From assembly GCA_046540195.1 (NCBI GenBank), contig JBKHFN010000001.1:1-26884 (forward strand): DNA of 26,884 nt, read 5' to 3'. Shown here piece by piece: positions 18,476 to 26,459 of this stretch; the first letter of the stretch is position 1, and each line of letters begins with the position of its first letter. Both the position numbers and the translations under genes were made by a program. The notes beneath the pieces are model-generated. The model saw nothing but the letters and a program-made list of their open reading frames with translations. It was not told the origin of the DNA and searched no databases. This stretch comes from Salinarchaeum sp. Its GTDB lineage: Archaea > Halobacteriota > Halobacteria > Halobacteriales > Salinarchaeaceae.

Positions 18476-18502
18476 CCCGCCACGCCCGTTCGAGTTGTGA
18501 AC
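18476..18502 (+). repeat. 27-bp direct repeat, right copy (att-like)
   Basis: Exact match to 17037-17063, preceded by TCGGAAG, a degenerate version of the T-loop TTCGAAT. Confidence 0.93.
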
Positions 18503-18946
18503 GAACTGTGTGCGACAGGCAGCGGCGGAGAATTCGTGAACAAGCAACGGGCCATCGTCTGATTTCGTTCACATAGCGACTGGAAGTCGACGTTCTCTTG
18601 TGGTTCACAGGATTACAACAAGGTATTAGATGAATAGCCCGAATAAGAGACTCAGGTGTCCTGAATCGACGACATGCGATCGTCGGACGTCTGATGAGAG
18701 ACAGTACGTCGTGAGGTCTCAGTCACTTGCAGGCCGATATCGCTCCGTCACCTCGTCAGCAGACGTGTCTTCGGCAGCCGTCATGTTAACGGAGCTCGTC
18801 TAGTGAGGCCACATTGTATTCGTCCTGCAACGACTCGACAGCGGCCTTGGGATCCACAGTGAGTTCGTCCCGGTCGTACCCAATCTCGCTCTGGGTGGCC
18901 AGCGGCTGACGGAGTGTGTCTCACTCGTGGGAAGTCAATGCTTCAA

Positions 18947-20635
18947 TTACTGTCGCACTGGATCCTCAACGGCCTCTGCAGTCGACAGTTCATCGGCCGC
19001 CTCGTACCGGACGTAACCGCCAGTGAGGCTACGAGAGTCGATTCCGTGCTGATTCAGGATGCGCGAGGCCACGTACGAGGCCTTGCCGATTGCACAGTAG
19101 GTGAGCACCTCTTCCTCGTCGCTTAGGTCCGTCTGGGCAATCCACTCGCGCAACTCGGCCAGTGGAACATGCGTTGTTCCGTCGATGTGTCCCTGGGCGT
19201 CGCGCAACTCAGCCGATCGGGTGTCGATCACGAGCGTGTCAGACTGTGCCTTGATGAACTCCTCAAGCTGGATGACATCGGCGACTCCCTCAAGGACGTT
19301 CGTTCCGATCATTCCGAGGACGTTCACCGGGTCTTTCGCGTCAGAATACGGCGGTGCGTACGCCAGGTCAAGATCACGAATGTCGTAGACGGTATCGCCG
19401 TGAGCGATTGCGGTTGCTAGCACGTCGATGCGTTTGTCAACCCCATCGGTGCCGACAGCTTGGGCGCCGAGGAGCGTGCCATCCGTCTCATCGAAGAGCA
19501 ACTTGAAGTGGATGTCCGCTGCGCCAGGATAGTACTCGGCGTGGCTGGCCTCGCTTGTGTAGATCGCCTCATAAGACCGGCTAGCCTCCGAAAGCGCCTC
19601 CTCGGTCATCCCGACGGTGCCGACATCAAGATCGAACACCTTCGCGATCGCCGTGTCGAGGACCGGATCAAGGGCGTCCTCGTGACCAACAATGTCGTTG
19701 GCGGCAACACGTCCCTCACGGTTGGCCGGCCCACCGAGTGGCACCCAGTCACGTCCCTCGCCGAGGACAGTCGGAACCGCAACGGCGTCGCCAACGGCGT
19801 GGATCGCCGGATCAGACGTACGCATCGCGCTGTCGACGGCGATAGCCCCGCTTTCATCGAGTTCGAGGCCAGCTGCCTCCGCGAGATCCGTCCGTGGTGC
19901 AACTCCGGTTGCAATAACAGCGAGGTCGAACGCGTGATCTTCCTCACCGATCTCGGCAGTGACGGTTCCAGAGGCATCCTCACTCAGGCTCCCGACACCC
20001 GTTCCGGTACGAAGATCGGTTCCGTGGTCGTCAAGATGTTGCTCGACAATAGCGGCCATATCTGCTCCGAGGGTGTTTGGCATGACATGATCAAGGAGCT
20101 CAGCGACCACGACATCGAGGCCGGCCTCGGCGAGGTTTTCGGCCACCTCAATTCCAATGTATCCACCGCCGATAACGAGTGCGCGATCGGCTGCCTCGAC
20201 TTCCTCGCGCACGCCGATCGCGTCCGGGACGGTCCGCATCGTATAGCAGTGCTCGAGTTCGTCGAGATCGAACATCGGCGGAACGATCGGCTCGGCGCCG
20301 GTCGCCAATACCAGCTCGTCATACGATAGCGTGTAAGTGTCACCATCCGCAGGCGAGACCGTGACAGTCTGGGCCTCCGGATCGACATCGGTCGCCGTCT
20401 CGTTAGTCCGGACATCAAGCGCGAAGGAGGCCTCAAGCTGGTCGGCCCCAATCACCGCGAGGTCAGACTCCGGGACCGTCTCGCTTAGGTGATACGGAAG
20501 CCCACAACTCGCATAGGAGACGTGGTCGCCCTGTTCGAGCACAATGATCTCCGCGTCCTCATCGAGTCGACGGAGTCGGGCCGCCGTGCTCATTCCCGCT
20601 GCGTTGCCGCCAACCACCACATACTGTTCGCTCAT
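18947..20635 (-). CDS. CoA-disulfide/persulfide reductase with C-terminal rhodanese domain (CoADR-RHD/Npsr type)
   Basis: FAD motif VVGGNAAG, redox Cys in SYASCGLPY, NAD motif IGGGYIG, AVGDA, YAPPYSDAKDPVN and rhodanese loop YCAIGKASY; 562 aa. Confidence 0.88.
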   Translation of the reverse strand: MSEQYVVVGGNAAGMSTAARLRRLDEDAEIIVLEQGDHVSYASCGLPYHLSETVPESDLAVIGADQLEASFALDVRTNETATDVDPEAQTVTVSPADGDTYTLSYDELVLATGAEPIVPPMFDLDELEHCYTMRTVPDAIGVREEVEAADRALVIGGGYIGIEVAENLAEAGLDVVVAELLDHVMPNTLGADMAAIVEQHLDDHGTDLRTGTGVGSLSEDASGTVTAEIGEEDHAFDLAVIATGVAPRTDLAEAAGLELDESGAIAVDSAMRTSDPAIHAVGDAVAVPTVLGEGRDWVPLGGPANREGRVAANDIVGHEDALDPVLDTAIAKVFDLDVGTVGMTEEALSEASRSYEAIYTSEASHAEYYPGAADIHFKLLFDETDGTLLGAQAVGTDGVDKRIDVLATAIAHGDTVYDIRDLDLAYAPPYSDAKDPVNVLGMIGTNVLEGVADVIQLEEFIKAQSDTLVIDTRSAELRDAQGHIDGTTHVPLAELREWIAQTDLSDEEEVLTYCAIGKASYVASRILNQHGIDSRSLTGGYVRYEAADELSTAEAVEDPVRQ

Positions 20636-20661
20636 TATCGTGATGACGGTCCGAGCAGGGG

Positions 20662-20701
20662 TATATATCGTCCGATATCACAATCATTGTATAACATGTT
20701 A
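20662..20701 (-). promoter_or_regulatory. TATA box and adjacent palindromes upstream of the reductase gene
   Basis: TATATA at 20662-20667, about 27-32 nt upstream of ATG 20635; three short inverted repeats at 20665-20701. Confidence 0.5.
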
Positions 20702-20783
20702 CATACTAAGACATTATATCGATTCCAATGGCGACGGTCGCCATGTCGAACCGCTTTTGCCCTGGGTCGCTGCATATCCGGGT

Positions 20784-21701
20784 ATGGATGGTCAGCGGAT
20801 CCTCGTGACGGGTGGCGCCGGGTTCATTGGCTCGAATGTCGCTAACGCACTCGCCACGACCAATGAGGTGATCGCACTCGATGATTGCTACCTGGGAACA
20901 TCCGATAATCTCAATCCATCGGTGACTTTCGCCGAGCGGAGTGTCCTTGAGGAGGATCTCCCGACGGACATGGATGTCGTCATCCACCTCGCCGCACTAT
21001 CCTCGTATGCAATGCACGAGGAGAACCCCCAGCTGGGGGCCCGGGTCAACGTTGAGGGCTTTGTCAACGTTGTCGAGCAGGCCCGTCAGGACGGTTGTGA
21101 GACCGTCGTCTATGCGTCGACCTCCTCGATTTACGGAGACCGGACCGAGCCCTCGCCGGAATCGATGGACGTCGAGGCGAACACCGGCTATGAGGCCTCA
21201 AAACTCGCTCGGGAGCGCTATGCAGAGTATTTCCACAACCACTACGGCCTGTCAACAGCAGGGCTGCGCTTTTTCTCGGTCTACCAGGGCTATGAGGGTG
21301 CCGAGGGGCACAAGGGCGAGTACGCCAACGTGATCGCGCAGTTTGCCGATGACATCGCCCACGGCCGGGCGCCGAAACTCTACGGCGATGGCACCCAAAC
21401 TCGGGATTTCACCCACGTTTCGGACGTTGTCGCCGCAATCGAGCGGACCGCAGAAGAACAGCTCCAGGGCATCTACAATGTCGGCACCGGCCGACAGATA
21501 TCGTTCAACCAGCTCGTTGAGCTGCTCAACGACGTGCTTGGCGCCGAGGTTGACCCGGAGTACGTCGAGAATCCAATCCCTGAGTCGGTCTACGTCCACG
21601 ATACCATGGCGGACGCGACAAAACTCCGTGAGGCGACCGGGTGGGAGCCCCACATCGATCTTGAAGAAGGGCTCGAACAGGTATGTGATCCCTACCTGTA
21701 G
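20784..21701 (+). CDS. NAD-dependent nucleotide-sugar epimerase/dehydratase (extended SDR)
   Basis: VTGGAGFIGS, HLAA, YASTSSIYG, YEASK (YxxxK), LRFFSVY and GTQTRDFTHV motifs; start trimmed to ATG 20784. Confidence 0.92.
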   Translation: MDGQRILVTGGAGFIGSNVANALATTNEVIALDDCYLGTSDNLNPSVTFAERSVLEEDLPTDMDVVIHLAALSSYAMHEENPQLGARVNVEGFVNVVEQARQDGCETVVYASTSSIYGDRTEPSPESMDVEANTGYEASKLARERYAEYFHNHYGLSTAGLRFFSVYQGYEGAEGHKGEYANVIAQFADDIAHGRAPKLYGDGTQTRDFTHVSDVVAAIERTAEEQLQGIYNVGTGRQISFNQLVELLNDVLGAEVDPEYVENPIPESVYVHDTMADATKLREATGWEPHIDLEEGLEQVCDPYL

Positions 21702-21818
21702 CGATCGTTGATACGGCAAGTGCGTGAGTTCGCCGCGCTGCTGTATGGTCTCGCCCGGAACAGCCGGATTGTGGGCCGCTGTTAGCGATCAGTCGGGGCA
21801 CTCTGTTCACCGGGTGAC

Positions 21819-22838
21819 CTACTGGAGCGCGCGGATGCCGAAGGCCGACATTGAGGCACCGCCGATGACCAGTGGAACGCCGAAGATGGCGCCACGGAAA
21901 ATCAATACCGCGGCGGTAATCGCCGAGGCGCTGATGCCCGTCGTCGCGACTAACAGCGTGACGAAGGCGGCTTCGATCCCACCGACGCCTCCCGGAAGTG
22001 GGGTTGCTCCCGCCAGGTTCGCCAGCGGAATAACGAACAGCAACACCGCCGGCGAGACAGAGTATCCGAGGGCTGAAAAGGCCATCAGCAGCGCCCCAAC
22101 CTGAAACAGCCACCCCGTCAACGAAAGTCCGACGACAGCCGTCATCCGCCACCGACTGGCAGCCACGCGCTCAATGTTCTCGAAAAAGCGTTCCATCCGG
22201 TCGGTGAGTTCGGTCTCAAGCGTGTCGGCGTCGAGTTGTGCGATCCCGAACTCGCCTAGCCGTGGAGCAATGACCGGCGGAAGACGCTCAATGATCGCAT
22301 AGCGATAGCGCCAGACCAGCGCCAATACCAGCAGGATGGCGGCGATCAGTACGACAGCGGAACTGACGGCCGTCTCGATACGACTCTCGACAGCAGTCGT
22401 CGTGGCGTAGTAGCCGACGCCAACGAACACCAGCGATATCGACGGCACGACGTTCAGTACGTCGACACTCGCGATCCCGACCAGGCCCGTTTCATACCGC
22501 GAGTTGGACGCCTTCGAGATGAGCATCGCCGCGATCGGCTCGCCGCCAGCCTGTCCGAAGGGCGTGATATTGTTCGCGAATAGGGCTCCAGCATAGACAA
22601 AAAATGCCTTGATCGCAGAGATCTGGACGTCGAGACTCTTCATGACGAGCTTTAGCATAATGCTCCACGCGCCGAGCCAACAGATCGCCATGCCGAAGGT
22701 CGCCACGACGTACGCCGGAGCAGCCGAGAGTAACGCCTCAACAACGCGATCGGCCCCGACAACCACGATGATGACCACGAGGATTGCGATCGCCACGAGT
22801 GCCCCGACGATCAAGGCCCGTCGCTGGTCTCTGTCCAT
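21819..22838 (-). CDS. UPF0104 / lysylphosphatidylglycerol-synthase-TM-domain (flippase-like) membrane protein
   Basis: Multi-TM; FANNITPFGQAGGEP and TPLPGGVGGIEAAF motifs; start trimmed to ATG 22838. Confidence 0.88.
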   Translation of the reverse strand: MDRDQRRALIVGALVAIAILVVIIVVVGADRVVEALLSAAPAYVVATFGMAICWLGAWSIMLKLVMKSLDVQISAIKAFFVYAGALFANNITPFGQAGGEPIAAMLISKASNSRYETGLVGIASVDVLNVVPSISLVFVGVGYYATTTAVESRIETAVSSAVVLIAAILLVLALVWRYRYAIIERLPPVIAPRLGEFGIAQLDADTLETELTDRMERFFENIERVAASRWRMTAVVGLSLTGWLFQVGALLMAFSALGYSVSPAVLLFVIPLANLAGATPLPGGVGGIEAAFVTLLVATTGISASAITAAVLIFRGAIFGVPLVIGGASMSAFGIRALQ

Positions 22839-22945
22839 GGACGTGACACCCTGGGTTCGAGCAGGGTGGACTTGAAACATCTGTTTGGGCACTACCGGCA
22901 GACCGGTTCAATCGGTTTATTTGATCGCCGCGGTGAGTCAGGCAT

Positions 22946-24511
22946 ATGGGCGGATCGACGCAGTCGAATTTGCTATTCGTCGTCCTCGATACGGTCCGAA
23001 AGGACCGGCTTGGACCATACGGTCACGAGCGGGAGACGACGCCGACGCTCGATCGCTTCGCACAGGGGGCGACGGTCTTCGAGTCAGCGGTCGCCCCAGC
23101 GCCGTGGACGCTGCCCGTCCACGCCTCGCTGTTCACCGGGCGGTATCCCAGCCACCACGAGGCTACCCAGGAGAGCCCGTATCTTGAGGCCGACCGGACC
23201 CTCGCCACGCTCCTTGTGGCCGCCGGGTACGACACCGCGTGTTACTCCTCGAACGCCTGGATCACCCCATACACAGGGCTCACCGACGGCTTCGACGATC
23301 ACGCCTCGTTCTTCGAGGCACTTCCCCGGGATGTATTCTCCGGCCCGCTCGCGAGCGCCTGGCGGATCATCAACGATAATGACTACCTCAGATCAATCGC
23401 CTCGAAACTCGTCCGTCTTGGGGCGATGGCCCACGCCCGGTTCGCCAGCAGCCCCGAAGCCGACTCGAAGACACCGGCGGTTATCGACCGGGCTCAGTCG
23501 TTTATCGATGCCAGCGACAGCGATCGCGGCTGGTTTGTGTTCTTGAACCTGATGGACGCCCACCTGCCGTATCACCCGCCCGACGTGTACCGCGAGGAGT
23601 TCGCCCCTGGCGTCGATCCCGACTCCGTCTGTCAGCTCTCGAAGGAGTATAACGCCGGCGTTCGCGACATCGACTCGGAGGAGTGGACGGCCATCCGTCA
23701 GCTCTACGATGCGGAGATTGCGCATATGGACGCCCAGCTCGGCCGGCTTTTCGAGTGGTTGCGCGAGACGGGCCAATGGGATGACACGACCGTTATCGTC
23801 TGTGCTGACCATGGCGAACTCCACGGTGAGCACGACCTATACGGCCACGAGTTCGCTCTTTACGACGAGCTCGTGAACGTTCCGCTCCTAGTTGACCACC
23901 CTGCGCTTGACGCCGATCGCCGGGATGATCTCGTTGAGTTACTCGATCTGTATCATACAGCGCTTGATACCCTCTCCGTTACCGACATCGGAGCGCCGGA
24001 GACGACCGCGGGAGCGGCCGCCTTCGACCCTACCCGATCGCTGGTGGCCGACACCTACCGGGCGTTCGAGACGGTGAAGGCGCCTGATCCTGGGCAGGAG
24101 GCTGTTCAAGCGACCGATAACGACTACGCGTTCATCGAGTATGACCGTCCGGCGATCGAGCTCCACCACCTCGAACAGAAGGCTGCTGAGGCGGGAATCG
24201 ATCTCCCTGAGGACCACCGGGCGTACTCGCGGCTCCGCGCCGCCCGTTCGACAGCAGCGAAGTACATCCGCGCGGATGTAATCGAAGACGAGGCGTACCG
24301 CATCGATACTGATCCGGCGGAGTCAACTTCGCTTACTCCGGACGATGACGATCAGATCGCAGCTGCCGAGGCCGCGTTAGGCCGCTTCGAGACCGCCATC
24401 GGTGGGGCGTGGGAACAGCCAGCCACCGCGGCCGGTAGCGAGCCAACAGCGTTAGCTGACGCTGACGAGCAGACGCGTGAGCGGCTCCGGGAGCTTGGAT
24501 ACCTCGAATGA
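22946..24511 (+). CDS. sulfatase-like hydrolase/transferase (alkaline phosphatase superfamily), Thr at the nucleophile site
   Basis: VVLDTVR, APWTLPVHASLFTG, NLMDAHLPY and ADHGE...GH motifs; no CxPxR; TTTATTT box at 22916-22922. Confidence 0.88.
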   Translation: MGGSTQSNLLFVVLDTVRKDRLGPYGHERETTPTLDRFAQGATVFESAVAPAPWTLPVHASLFTGRYPSHHEATQESPYLEADRTLATLLVAAGYDTACYSSNAWITPYTGLTDGFDDHASFFEALPRDVFSGPLASAWRIINDNDYLRSIASKLVRLGAMAHARFASSPEADSKTPAVIDRAQSFIDASDSDRGWFVFLNLMDAHLPYHPPDVYREEFAPGVDPDSVCQLSKEYNAGVRDIDSEEWTAIRQLYDAEIAHMDAQLGRLFEWLRETGQWDDTTVIVCADHGELHGEHDLYGHEFALYDELVNVPLLVDHPALDADRRDDLVELLDLYHTALDTLSVTDIGAPETTAGAAAFDPTRSLVADTYRAFETVKAPDPGQEAVQATDNDYAFIEYDRPAIELHHLEQKAAEAGIDLPEDHRAYSRLRAARSTAAKYIRADVIEDEAYRIDTDPAESTSLTPDDDDQIAAAEAALGRFETAIGGAWEQPATAAGSEPTALADADEQTRERLRELGYLE

Positions 24512-24561
24512 GGACGAACCAATAAGAATACATGCGTTCCTTCAAAAAGGACGGATAACTG

Positions 24562-25407
24562 ATGGAGGATCATCGCTTTCTGGAGTCAGACTGGGACTAC
24601 GCGATCGTCCTCGACGCGTGCCGGTACGATGTCTTCAGCGAGGTCTACGACGAATATCTCGACGGTGACCTCGAAAAGCGCTGGAGTACGGGCTCGTCAA
24701 CCCCCGAGTGGGCCTACCGGACCTTCACCGACGTCCACGATATCGCGTATTTCTCTGGAAATCCGTTTATTAACAACCTGGGAATCCCATTGAACGAGCT
24801 CAAATGGGGGGCAAGCTGTGATTATGAGTGGGCTGCCTCCGATCATATCAGCGATGTCTACGATGTCTGGCAGACCGGCTGGGACGACGACCTCGAAACC
24901 GTCCCACCCGAGAGTATCGTCGAGGCCTACCGCAACAACCGTAGTGCTGCGGCGGAGGCTGACCGGGTTGTGCTCCACTACATGCAGCCGCATGCGCCGT
25001 ATCTCTCACGGGGAAAGGGTCAGAAGCTCAAACAGATTCAGAAAGGACTGAAAAAAGAGAGCGAGGAAGAAGACGACGGGCCACTCGCAACCGTCACCGA
25101 CGCTGTCCGCCCGCGAGTCGAACAGGCACTTGAAGGGAGCGAGTGGGCCCAGAAGATTGGTCTCATGCTCGAACTTGATCCGATCGACATCGTCAGAGAT
25201 GGTACGCGTGAGGCCGCAATGGAACTCTACGAAGAGAACCTCCGGATCGCGCTTGAATCCGTCGCTGAGGTGACGGACGAACTTGACGGGACTGTGATCG
25301 TCACCGCCGATCACGGAGAGGCCTTCGGCGAGGAGGGCGTCTGGGAGCACCATATCGAGACCCACATTCCTGCGCTGATGGAGGTCCCGTGGCTCGAAGT
25401 CAAGTGA
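24562..25407 (+). CDS. compact alkaline-phosphatase/sulfatase-fold protein
   Basis: VLDACRYD, STGSSTPEW, HYMQPHAPY and TADHGEAFGE..VWEH metal-ligand motifs. Confidence 0.8.
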   Translation: MEDHRFLESDWDYAIVLDACRYDVFSEVYDEYLDGDLEKRWSTGSSTPEWAYRTFTDVHDIAYFSGNPFINNLGIPLNELKWGASCDYEWAASDHISDVYDVWQTGWDDDLETVPPESIVEAYRNNRSAAAEADRVVLHYMQPHAPYLSRGKGQKLKQIQKGLKKESEEEDDGPLATVTDAVRPRVEQALEGSEWAQKIGLMLELDPIDIVRDGTREAAMELYEENLRIALESVAEVTDELDGTVIVTADHGEAFGEEGVWEHHIETHIPALMEVPWLEVK

Positions 25408-25435
25408 CCGGTCCACGTTGTCAGCGTCGTTGACG

Positions 25436-26428
25436 ATGAAGATCAGCCACTATCTTGAGTTCGAGTCACAGATCACCGGCGGTATCCGTGAGTCCGTCGC
25501 CCACCAGCGGGCGATCCTCGACAGTCTCGATGTCACCTATACGACCGAGCCACGACTGGATGTTGACGTACTGCACTGTAACCTCATGGGCCCTCGGTCG
25601 GTCTGGTACGCTCGGCGCGCTCGGGCGCGGGGAGTTCCCGTGATTGCTCATACGCACGTCACCGCGGAAGACTTTGGTGACAGCTTCCGATTTACGAACG
25701 CACTCGCGCGGCCCTTGCGGCCGTATCTCAAACGAGCGTACGCGCAGGCGGACGTGCTCGTTTGTCCATCGGAGTACAATCAGTCGCTACTCAAGACCTA
25801 CGTCGACCGGCCGACAACGGTCATCTCGAACGGCGTCGACCGGGAGAAACTCGCTGGCTTCGAGTCACTTGAAACCGAGTATCGTGATCGCTACGATCTT
25901 GATGGCCCGGTTGTATTCCTCGTTGGACATGTAATCAAGCGCAAGGGGCTTGAGACGTTCGTCGAACTCGCTCGGCAGATGCCCGACTTCGAGTTTGCCT
26001 GGTTCGGTCCGCTTGACCTCTCACTTAAGGACCGTGAGACCACTCGCCTGATCGAGACGGCCCCGGAGAACTGTACGTTCACCGGATATATCGATGATAT
26101 CCGTGGGGCCTTCGCGGCAGGAGACATCTTCTGTTTTCCAACCCACGAGGAAAACGAGGGAATCGCACTACTAGAGGCAATGACAGCCGGTAAACCCGTG
26201 GTCGTGCGCGACATCGAGACGTTCGGCTGGCTCGAAGACGGGGTAGACGCGCTTAAAGTTCCGGCCGATGCCGGTGTCAACGCGTTCGTTGAGGCTCTCA
26301 GACAACTTGAGAGTCCAACCGAGCGCAAGCGACTCGGCGAACGGGCGCGCGAGCGAAGTGCCGCGTTCTCGCTTGAAGCACTCGCCGAGCGGTATCGATC
26401 TCTGTACCGGGAGGTGACGAATACGTGA
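25436..26428 (+). CDS. GT4 glycosyltransferase resembling CpoA-type diglycosyl-lipid synthases
   Basis: MKISHYLEF...GGIRESVAHQR N-terminus, HTHVTAEDFGDSFRF, RKG and ENEGIALLEAM motifs; start ATG 25436. Confidence 0.88.
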   Translation: MKISHYLEFESQITGGIRESVAHQRAILDSLDVTYTTEPRLDVDVLHCNLMGPRSVWYARRARARGVPVIAHTHVTAEDFGDSFRFTNALARPLRPYLKRAYAQADVLVCPSEYNQSLLKTYVDRPTTVISNGVDREKLAGFESLETEYRDRYDLDGPVVFLVGHVIKRKGLETFVELARQMPDFEFAWFGPLDLSLKDRETTRLIETAPENCTFTGYIDDIRGAFAAGDIFCFPTHEENEGIALLEAMTAGKPVVVRDIETFGWLEDGVDALKVPADAGVNAFVEALRQLESPTERKRLGERARERSAAFSLEALAERYRSLYREVTNT

Positions 26429-26459
26429 AAGATTGCCACGACGATCCGAGTGAACGACG

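Larger units (their letters stand above)
17037..18502. mobile_element. tRNA-Arg-integrated mini-island or element remnant (1412 bp between repeats), no integrase
   Basis: Flanked by an exact duplication of the tRNA 3' end; contains a two-gene module and a decayed ORF. Confidence 0.8.

Noticed and set aside
17037-18502. 27-bp repeat pair as a CRISPR array
   Set aside because: Only two copies, 1.4 kb apart, derived from the tRNA; no cas genes
18686-18724. Hammerhead-ribozyme-like CTGATGA followed by stem GAGAC/GTCTC
   Set aside because: The required GAAA after stem II is absent (AGTC instead) and no stem III or cleavage triplet can be built
18921-18923. In-frame TGA as a selenocysteine codon, prompted by yqeC
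   Set aside because: No upstream start or redox motif context; YqeC relates to a non-Sec selenium trait
22848-22868. CACCCTG/CAGGGTG inverted repeat upstream of the flippase-like gene
   Set aside because: A 7-bp stem in GC-rich DNA is within chance expectation and has no other support
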